Assembly: GCA_001794215.1 (NCBI GenBank) | Contig: MGJK01000015.1 | Location: 23,684 to 87,683 of the forward strand | Source of the DNA: Candidatus Yanofskybacteria bacterium RIFCSPHIGHO2_01_FULL_44_24 | GTDB taxonomy: Bacteria > Patescibacteriota > Minisyncoccia > 2-02-FULL-40-12 > GWA2-44-9 | Reading direction: 5' to 3' | DNA length: 64,000 nucleotides | In this document: in pieces, positions 58,167 through 64,000 of the stretch | Layout: each line of letters begins with the position of its first letter | How positions within the stretch are numbered: the first letter of the stretch is position 1 | Notes under the pieces: model-generated | Databases searched by the model: none | What the model was told of the DNA's origin: nothing | Seen by the model: only the letters and a program-made list of their open reading frames with translations | Translations under genes and position numbers: made by a program

Positions 58167-58238
58167 GATTTTCTCCATTTCATTATATCATTTTTAAGGA
58201 GGGTAGTCCGACAAGTCGGACTACCCCATGTTTGAGGC

Positions 58239-58946
58239 CTACCCCTTTGCAAGCCCCATTTCTCTCACGATTTCCGGAAGCGGAATATCCGTCTCCTTGT
58301 GGAGCTGGACAGCCGCCATAAGATCCTTGAGAGAGATCGGCATCAAGGTGTTAATCACTACCGGATCGGTAATGCCTAAACCTAAGAGCAGAGCGGCGGA
58401 TGTCGATGGCCCGCCTATCAAGAACGGAGCCATCAGAGAGATGTAAAGCGGCGACCCGCCGACATCACTGGGAAGCGTGCCGAGAAAATCGGCCACCCTT
58501 TCGATGATTGCACCGCGACTCGTCTCATCGCCCATGATTACGGCATGGCACGCCGCTACCCTGACGATCAGTTCCATCTCTTCCCTTGAACCCTCGAAGA
58601 TTGTGGCATCCTTGCAGCCGAGAACTACCGTCTCGACAACAACCTTGGTTTCAGAGAGATCAGTTACGCTACCTCCGTAGCCAAGTTCGTAAACCACCAT
58701 GCTCTCAAGAGCCGCCATGAGCGGCCGCCGACAACCGCCGATGTCTCTCTTCATTCCTTGACCGTTGTCTCGCAAATTAGTTTGCCGGATCAACTTACTC
58801 ACCTCCTTTTTAAAGTTCCCTCTTTTAATGACCCGGGATCTGTCATCTACCGATTGAAAGCTCGGCAGAAAGCATGTTGTAGAACCCGCTCCGGAATTAC
58901 TGGAGCGGACCCCAATCGACCTCGACGCCAAGCTCCTTGGCGGCAA
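58239..58946 (-). CDS. Hypothetical protein (the true start is probably internal, about 58790 TTG or 58754 ATG); GC about 52%
   Basis: ORF track; AAGGAGG upstream of an internal start; no family recognised. Confidence 0.45.
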   Translation of the reverse strand: MPPRSLASRSIGVRSSNSGAGSTTCFLPSFQSVDDRSRVIKRGNFKKEVSKLIRQTNLRDNGQGMKRDIGGCRRPLMAALESMVVYELGYGGSVTDLSETKVVVETVVLGCKDATIFEGSREEMELIVRVAACHAVIMGDETSRGAIIERVADFLGTLPSDVGGSPLYISLMAPFLIGGPSTSAALLLGLGITDPVVINTLMPISLKDLMAAVQLHKETDIPLPEIVREMGLAKG

Positions 58947-59154
58947 GCTCAGTGAGTTCGCGCTTCTCCGCCTCGGAAAGCTGTTTGAGCTCCTCCGAGA
59001 AGTCTTTGAGCGCCTGCCCCGGCTTGTAGCCGAAGTAGTCGCGCAGAATTTTCATTGCTCCCGTTTTCTGGGCCATAGCGGCCTCCTGTTTCTGTTTTAA
59101 AAAGACAGTACTTTCCCGCCGATCAAAGGCCCGTCGGGTTGCCTGTTGTTTCAA
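58897..59154 (-). CDS. Hypothetical small protein (probable start MAQKTG at about 59076)
   Basis: ORF preceded by a 270-nt structured leader containing element copy A and X1. Confidence 0.35.
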   Translation of the reverse strand: MKQQATRRAFDRRESTVFLKQKQEAAMAQKTGAMKILRDYFGYKPGQALKDFSEELKQLSEAEKRELTELAAKELGVEVDWGPLQ

Positions 59155-59260
59155 AGAACAGGAGAGAAGCCTTAAAGTCCGGCTGTACAGTGGCCTTCAT
59201 CGTCACATACGGACGCCTCGCCTCATCGTACGTATTGCGCCGGTTTGCTTGTTTACTCCT

Positions 59261-59350
59261 CTCCCGCCAAAACCATCAGCTACCCTTCATGATATATCAT
59301 AAAGGGTATTGAAAACTTTGGTGGGAGTCCCGACCGACGCAAGGCCGGGA
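59261..59350. repeat. Double-hairpin element, copy A (CTCCCGCCAAAA…TTTTGGTGGGAG + TCCCGACC…GGCCGGGA)
   Basis: Direct reading; the inner segment carries a nested palindrome cccttcatgatatatcataaaggg. Confidence 0.7.
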
Positions 59351-59353
59351 CGT

Positions 59354-59407
59354 ACAGATTCTGTTGCCAGGCTCTGTAAGGCCCCGTCAGCCCAAAGCTG
59401 ACAGATT
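59354..59407. repeat. Conserved 54-nt element X1 (acagattctgttgccaggctctgtaaggccccgtcagcccaaagctgacagatt)
   Basis: Near-identical to X2 at 60800-60853; contains hairpin gtcagc-ccaaa-gctgac. Confidence 0.75.
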
Positions 59408-59423
59408 AACCGGGTCACAACGA

Positions 59424-59816
59424 TTAGAAGTGTCCGAGGTAGCCGTAGAAGTTGGCTACTTCGGCAAAGTACTCGTCAATACCGGGGATGCCATCCTCTT
59501 CAAGAGGCCGGCCTTCGGTATCAACGGTGCAACTCTCACCGACAGAATAACGGAAACGTTTTCCGGTTCCGTCGGTGCCGACGTAAAATTCGTGAGACGC
59601 GTTATGACCGACGCGCCAGAACTTAACGCCGTTGACGACGTGAGGCTTGTCAATCCACGGAGTATGCGGATTGTTGCCTTTGCCCCAATTGTACATGAGA
59701 TTCAACAGAAGAATCTCCTCCACAACAGGGTCGCCGTTAGAGTTTTCTGAAGCAACTTTTCTGAGTCGCTCCATAGCTCTTTCTTCTCGCTGTTCTTCCC
59801 GCTCTTCTTTTGTCAT
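59424..59816 (-). CDS. Hypothetical protein (130 aa; trimmed from the longer 233-aa ORF, which would span element copy B)
   Basis: ATG about 59816, 13 nt downstream of the element-B 3' arm GGTGGGAG; GC about 52%. Confidence 0.4.
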   Translation of the reverse strand: MTKEEREEQREERAMERLRKVASENSNGDPVVEEILLLNLMYNWGKGNNPHTPWIDKPHVVNGVKFWRVGHNASHEFYVGTDGTGKRFRYSVGESCTVDTEGRPLEEDGIPGIDEYFAEVANFYGYLGHF

Positions 59817-59828
59817 AGGACTGGGGAT

Positions 59829-59896
59829 TTCTCCCACCGAAGCCTCATAGACGCAGAAGTATGAGACTTCGGTGGGAGGCCGACATAAGTCGGCCG
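59829..59896. repeat. Double-hairpin element, copy B
   Basis: ctcccaccgaagcctcatagacgcagaagtatgagacttcggtgggag + ggccgacataagtcggcc. Confidence 0.75.
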
Positions 59897-60028
59897 GATT
59901 TTTACACTCAGGACGAGTAACCTGTTTTAGCAGAACAGGAACCGCAATCGGCGGGATGGATGTGAGTTGGAAGGACTCACGCTCCTTCTGTTGCCAGGCC
60001 GTCGCTCGGCCCCGCGTCGCAAGATAGA

Positions 60029-60340
60029 TCAGCCGGCAAGGCTGATCCGAAGACCCAGTAAGTCGCTCAAACGAGAAATTGCCTCGTCCGGCTTCCAACC
60101 GCAGTCCTCGAACACCAGGAAGCACGCCTCACGCAAATTGCGGGAAGTCCAGCGATATTTCACGCTGTTTCCAACAAGTTGCATGCGGCGGTCAGCCAGG
60201 GCTATCCTGCTTCTGCACGAATCACAGAACGGATTGCAAAGTCCGGCGACCTCGAACTTGACGGTTTTACCGTCAATGAGAATCCGCCGACCAGTCATCC
60301 ATCCTGCGACATGCACATACAGGCAAGTCTGCTCCATCAT
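60029..60340 (-). CDS. Hypothetical Cys-rich protein (104 aa from MMEQTC…; CNPFCDSC)
   Basis: RBS GGAGG-N4-ATG at 60340; the upstream part of the track ORF overlaps element C. Confidence 0.4.
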   Translation of the reverse strand: MMEQTCLYVHVAGWMTGRRILIDGKTVKFEVAGLCNPFCDSCRSRIALADRRMQLVGNSVKYRWTSRNLREACFLVFEDCGWKPDEAISRLSDLLGLRISLAG

Positions 60341-60442
60341 TTCACCTCCTCGATTCTGAAATTCCCCAGAATAACCAACCAGATGTGCCTTCGCACAAAA
60401 TGGCCAGTAAATTAAGGGTACATTTTTTTGAAAGAATGGGAT

Positions 60443-60513
60443 TTCTCCCACCGAAGCCTCATAGACGCAGAACTATGAGACTTCGGTGGGAGGCCGAGTC
60501 AGAGACTCAGCCG
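60443..60513. repeat. Double-hairpin element, copy C
   Basis: 49 of 50 identical to copy B over hairpin 1; hairpin 2 gccgagtc-agag-actcagc. Confidence 0.75.
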
Positions 60514-60592
60514 GTTGATTTGTTTACGCCGAAAACCATTCAGCGGATGCATTATCTGTTCCCGGGACTGCGATCACACCCCGGTGCAACCT

Positions 60593-60775
60593 TTATTTTG
60601 CACAGATAGGCAAAGTAGGGATACGAACGACCAATTCGCCATCAACCACGAAGCTGAAGAGTTCGCCGTTAATATTGACAGACCATTCATTTCCCAAAGA
60701 GCAGACACTGACTTCTACTCCGATTGCTGCCTTAAGAATCTCTTCGATAAGACTCTCTAATATATTTTTCTCCAT
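60593..60775 (-). CDS. Hypothetical 60-aa protein
   Basis: RBS GAGGAGAG; ATG at 60775, immediately downstream (on the minus strand) of X2. Confidence 0.4.
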   Translation of the reverse strand: MEKNILESLIEEILKAAIGVEVSVCSLGNEWSVNINGELFSFVVDGELVVRIPTLPICAK

Positions 60776-60799
60776 CTCTCCTCAAAGAACTCGGGACAT

Positions 60800-60853
60800 G
60801 CAGATTCTGTTGCCAGGCTCTGTAGGGCCCCGTCAGCCCAAAGCTGACAGATT
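60800..60853. repeat. Conserved 54-nt element X2
   Basis: 52 of 54 identical to X1. Confidence 0.75.
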
Positions 60854-60864
60854 GGGTCCAACTC

Positions 60865-61149
60865 CTATTTGAAGAAGTTGGCGAACCATCGCGGCTCGAG
60901 GATCACTACACCCTTTTCGGACATCGCCTCTTTCATGGCGAGAATTTCGTCCTTGAAGGCGCGCTTCACCTCATCGGCGTTCATTGATTCGACTTTGCGG
61001 TAGAATCCCTGAACGGCCACCGAGATGTTCAACGACTCCTGGGGTGTAACTCCAGGAGCGACCCATGAAAAGAGCGGTTTGCTCTTCATGAGAAGGTTGG
61101 GAGATGGTTCTACGCGAGCCACAGGGTTCCATGACACGTCCTGATACAT
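60865..61149 (-). CDS. Hypothetical protein (about 95 aa from MYQDVSW…)
   Basis: ORF track 60865..61182 uses a TTG inside element E; the ATG at about 61149 lies 23 nt after the element-E 3' arm. Confidence 0.4.
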   Translation of the reverse strand: MYQDVSWNPVARVEPSPNLLMKSKPLFSWVAPGVTPQESLNISVAVQGFYRKVESMNADEVKRAFKDEILAMKEAMSEKGVVILEPRWFANFFK

Positions 61150-61171
61150 AGATTTTGCGCTACTTCTCCGC

Positions 61172-61230
61172 TCTCCCACCAAAATCTCTTTAAAGAAACT
61201 TTGGTGGGAGGCCGAGTTTTACACTCGGCC
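61172..61230. repeat. Double-hairpin element, copy E
   Basis: ctcccaccaaaatctctttaaagaaactttggtgggag + ggccgagttttacactcggcc. Confidence 0.7.
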
Positions 61231-61374
61231 GTAGAGGTGGAAGTGAAAGACAGGGTCATAGCGAACAGCGAGCAACCGTCCGCTTCAGGCTTGTAACCCC
61301 TTCTGTCTTGCTCAAGGACAGCAGACTCACTACTCCGTCATGATCGACGGCGAGTCTGTTTTGCCGCCCTTCAC

Positions 61375-61464
61375 CCCCACCAAAACCTTGTATTCGCATG
61401 TGCGTATTTGTAACGCTATTCGCATACAAAACTTTGGTGGGGGTCCCGGCATAAGGCCGGGACT
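61375..61464. repeat. Double-hairpin element, copy D
   Basis: cccccaccaaaa…ttttggtggggg + tcccggcataaggccggga; the inner segment carries TATTCGCAYA words. Confidence 0.7.
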
Positions 61465-61471
61465 GGATGCG

Positions 61472-61861
61472 CTATAAGTAGCGCTTGAAGGCTTGGCGGG
61501 CGGCCTGCTGGCGCTGGACCCGACGCTGCTCCATCTCAACTACCGTCTGCTGGTAGCGATAGAAGCGGAGTCCGGCTTTGCGGCCGAGGGTCGCACAACG
61601 ACCACAGTGGATGTGGTCGGCCAGATCCTTGACCGAGGGCCAACGCCCGACGACCTTGCGGATGGTCGACAGGGCCGGCACCCAGGCCTCGGACTGAGCC
61701 ATCTTCGTCTGACACGGCTTGCCGGGTTTCGGCTCGCCATGACATCCGAAGGGCTTGTCCTGAGCCTTGTCGAGGGACTTCTCCGCCGCCGCTGTCACAA
61801 TCTGATCATTCATACACACCTCCAAAAATGAAAGAACTGCTGACCGAAAAACAATAATCAA
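61472..61861 (-). CDS. Hypothetical GC-rich (about 60%) zinc-ribbon-like protein
   Basis: C…C…HCGRC; Arg/Gln-rich C-terminus; composition foreign to the host. Confidence 0.4.
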   Translation of the reverse strand: MIIVFRSAVLSFLEVCMNDQIVTAAAEKSLDKAQDKPFGCHGEPKPGKPCQTKMAQSEAWVPALSTIRKVVGRWPSVKDLADHIHCGRCATLGRKAGLRFYRYQQTVVEMEQRRVQRQQAARQAFKRYL

Positions 61862-62267
61862 TGGAGCTCAAGGTATAAGCTTGTTGCCCCTTTCTGAAAC
61901 AATATGTGAAACATGCCTATTCGCACATATTGCCTCAGAAAGAGGCCGGAGCTTTGATTGTGGGGGCCGCGTTAATTATCTAGACGGCTGATACCACTAT
62001 ATGCTCAAAGCTCCACCGAGCTGAGCTCGGTCAATCCTCTAACTTTGTCTGGCCGGCAACTTTCGATGCCGATTTAACTTAACTGCCAGTATTATACTCA
62101 AATGAAATAATTTGTCAAGCCCCTCGGACAAAAAATAAAAAAATGTTCAAAGTAACGGCTTAAAGCCTTGCTTTTTTGAACATGGCAGGTGTCATGATAA
62201 CCAATAAAATAACCGTGATTGTTTTTTTACAAGAAAAAATAAACGCGATCATTTTTGTCACCCTTTC

Positions 62268-62296
62268 TTGACAAAAATTACGGTAAGGCGTATAAT
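62268..62296 (+). promoter_or_regulatory. Consensus sigma70 promoter TTGACA-N17-TATAAT
   Basis: Direct reading: 62268-62273 and 62291-62296. Confidence 0.6.
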
Positions 62297-62302
62297 AGAC
62301 AT

Positions 62303-62547
62303 GTAGCCTGAGGGCAGGCTACCCTCGACAAGAGGAACCAGCGGGAGAAACGCAGGCCTGTTCCCCGTCGACAGGAGATCGGATCTCAAGCGCGAAAAAG
62401 GGATAGGCCAAATGCCTCCTGCCAAAGGAGGTCCAACGTGGGCTCGAGATGAATTCAATTTTAAGAGCTCAAGAGAACTTTAGAAATTAGTGGTGAAGCG
62501 AGTCATGGGTTTCGGCCGTCCACCCTTTCAGGGGGATGGCCTTTTTG
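62303..62547 (+). ncRNA. Orphan structured sRNA candidate of about 245 nt (GC about 52%), between a consensus promoter and an intrinsic terminator
   Basis: Multiple hairpins (guagccug-aggg-caggcuac; gagauc-g-gaucuc; ccucc-ugccaaa-ggagg); terminator ggccgtccaccc…gggggatggcc plus T5; runs into the convergent TrmB gene, with no downstream + gene. Confidence 0.45.
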
Positions 62548-62562
62548 TTTCCCAAGAGAGAA

Positions 62563-63321
62563 TTATATCTTGCCGGAGATATTCCAAATCAAGTTGAGCA
62601 GGTTCCGGAAAGAATTTGCGATTTCTTGGTGCCTGATCATGGCACCGGAAATCTTTCCCTTCAAAGCCGCGATAGCGACAATATCATCATAGACGGTTAT
62701 GTCTACATTAAAAGGCATTTTATCCGGGGAAATATATCGAGCTTCCCGCAACATAGCGGGATCGCTTTCTTTAAATACCGGCCCCTTTGAAGATGTGTAT
62801 ATGGAGCGCGAATGAATACCCTTTTTAACCCTTTTGTCAGAATACGATTCCGAGTCTGGAGAATCAGGAAAAAGCTTAATCACATCATCAAGAGAAGTAA
62901 TACCTATGATTTTCTTTTCTTTGGCCTTTAGAAATTCCCGCTCCATCCTCATCAACCCCTCTTTTCCCTCGAAAAATCTTACTTCAGGCTTTTGATCGCC
63001 CAAACTGAAAACCGTCATAAGCTCGGGCATCAGTTTATTAAGGGTTTCTTTCTTGCCTTCCCAATCTCTCCTTTCCCGTTCAATAACAGACTCTAAGTAT
63101 TCAGGCGACTCAGCTACGAATAGCTGTTTCTTGCCTTTATTTTGAGTGCTTACTAAGCCGAGTTTTTTCAGAGATTCAACCTGGACATAAGCAGTAGGCC
63201 GGTTAATCCCGGCTTTGGCCGATATTTCAAGCATTGTGGCCGGACCAAGCTCAAGCATGGCCAAATACACCTTAGCTTCGTTGTCTGACAAACCGAGATT
63301 TTTTAGCTGGTTAACAAGCAT
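62563..63321 (-). CDS. TrmB-family transcriptional regulator
   Basis: N-terminal TrmB HTH (LGLSDNEAKVYLAMLELGPATMLEISAKAGINRPTAY) plus a C-terminal sugar-sensor-like domain. Confidence 0.8.
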   Translation of the reverse strand: MLVNQLKNLGLSDNEAKVYLAMLELGPATMLEISAKAGINRPTAYVQVESLKKLGLVSTQNKGKKQLFVAESPEYLESVIERERRDWEGKKETLNKLMPELMTVFSLGDQKPEVRFFEGKEGLMRMEREFLKAKEKKIIGITSLDDVIKLFPDSPDSESYSDKRVKKGIHSRSIYTSSKGPVFKESDPAMLREARYISPDKMPFNVDITVYDDIVAIAALKGKISGAMIRHQEIANSFRNLLNLIWNISGKI

Positions 63322-63401
63322 AGAATTTTATGGTATAATTATACTATAAATTATTGAATATGGCAAGCATAGCAGCTCGGGCCGGGCCTCCCCGAATAGC
63401 C

Positions 63402-63977
63402 CTACCCAAAGAGACGTTTTTTGACCTCAGCCCAAGAAGTAACCTTGGTATAGTGGGGCTGGTGGCTAAAAATATTAAACTGATCAAATAGGAAGCGGCA
63501 CTTAACGCTGTTAAGTTTGCTGATGACTCCTACCTCGTCGTCAATATAATGAGTTACCCCCAACTGAGCCGCCTTAACATCTTTATCTTCTGGTTCAAGG
63601 ACAAAAAAAGCGTTATCTTCATCGAAAAAGTACGGCCAAAGACCGTGTTTTTTTAGTATCCCCTGGGCGATGTGGGGAATCCGCCGGCGGGATATCAGGA
63701 AATAAGGGAAACCGGATTTCTTCACCGCAGTCAGAACGCCCCGAGCTCCCCTCATAAGAGGCGTGGTCAATGCCGTTTCAATGTTGTCGTAAAGATTTCG
63801 CTGCAATTCCCTCAGAACGAGTAAGGGAAGATGCTTAGATATAATTTCGGAGGGAGTTTGTTCCGGTAATAACTTAAAACCAAGCGCCTTGGCCAATCTT
63901 ATTTTAGGCTGAGTATTGTTAACAATGACTCCGTCCATATCAAATCCGATTATTATTTTCTCTTTTTGATCGTTCAT
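63402..63977 (-). CDS. HAD-superfamily hydrolase
   Basis: IGFDMDGVIV motif I; HAD-like spacing. Confidence 0.7.
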   Translation of the reverse strand: MNDQKEKIIIGFDMDGVIVNNTQPKIRLAKALGFKLLPEQTPSEIISKHLPLLVLRELQRNLYDNIETALTTPLMRGARGVLTAVKKSGFPYFLISRRRIPHIAQGILKKHGLWPYFFDEDNAFFVLEPEDKDVKAAQLGVTHYIDDEVGVISKLNSVKCRFLFDQFNIFSHQPHYTKVTSWAEVKKRLFG

Positions 63978-64000
63978 CTTGGGGTATTGGTTATTTTTCA

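Noticed and set aside
59424-60125. 233-aa version of the minus-strand ORF
   Set aside because: Its upstream third contains the conserved double-hairpin element copy B, which is palindromic and therefore gives an open frame by chance. The gene was trimmed to the ATG at about 59816.
59261-61464. Diversity-generating retroelement (TR/VR) interpretation of the near-identical copies B and C
   Set aside because: No reverse transcriptase is in the window. The repeats are only about 50 nt and differ at non-adenine positions. They lie between genes rather than in a gene's 3' end.
59261-61464. CRISPR array interpretation of the repeated elements
   Set aside because: The elements are long imperfect palindromes with variable cores and irregular spacing of 0.4-0.7 kb, containing ORFs. 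There are no short identical direct repeats and no cas genes.
62536-62790. 84-aa + strand ORF
   Set aside because: It overlaps the C-terminal coding region of the well-supported TrmB-family regulator on the opposite strand.
1-64000. rRNA genes, transposases/IS elements, integrases, restriction-modification or toxin-antitoxin systems
   Set aside because: I scanned the translations and the AT/GC structure and found no recognisable rRNA, transposase DDE/HUH, tyrosine or serine recombinase, or canonical TA or RM motifs.

Overview
This window looks like a 64 kb stretch of a small-genome, roughly 42-44% GC bacterium, possibly CPR/Patescibacteria-like, though a triheme cytochrome c7 and mreBCD are unusual for that group. 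Several housekeeping proteins are unusually short (Obg 320 aa, ProS 415 aa, DnaX about 360-390 aa).

Confident calls are a tRNA-Gln(UUG) and the housekeeping genes obg, typA/bipA, dnaX, holB, serS, lysS, proS, greA, frr, murB, murG, mreB/mreC/mreD, a PBP2 transpeptidase, rseP and kup. Accessory content includes:
- an aldehyde dehydrogenase / saccharopine-dehydrogenase-family / class-III aminotransferase trio;
- a GH13 enzyme;
- a copper-redox island with copA, a copZ-like gene, cupredoxin-like proteins and an HMA-permease-cupredoxin fusion;
- a pair of GT39/PMT-like glycosyltransferases;
- a membrane-anchored TraG/VirD4/VirB4-like ATPase followed by three co-oriented hypothetical proteins (two coiled-coil/acidic).

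The most unusual material is non-coding. Two GC-rich (about 58-65%) ORF-free islands sit at about 34.04-34.70 kb and 52.88-53.45 kb. The second has a consensus sigma70 promoter and an intrinsic terminator bracketing about 535 nt, so it is a candidate large structured RNA. An orphan sRNA of about 245 nt (promoter plus terminator) lies at 62.27-62.55 kb. A GC-heterogeneous, cassette-like array of small co-oriented minus-strand ORFs (58.2-61.9 kb) is punctuated by at least five copies of a conserved double-hairpin element (CTCCCACC...GGTGGGAG followed by a GGCCG...CGGCC hairpin) and two copies of a second 54-nt element. That second element shares an 11-nt word (AATCTGTCAGC) and a GACAGATTCTG/ACAGAATCTG word with the promoter region of the 535-nt RNA. 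No integrase, reverse transcriptase, CRISPR array or rRNA is visible.

My manually derived coordinates, especially near 61 kb, may be off by 1-3 nt.
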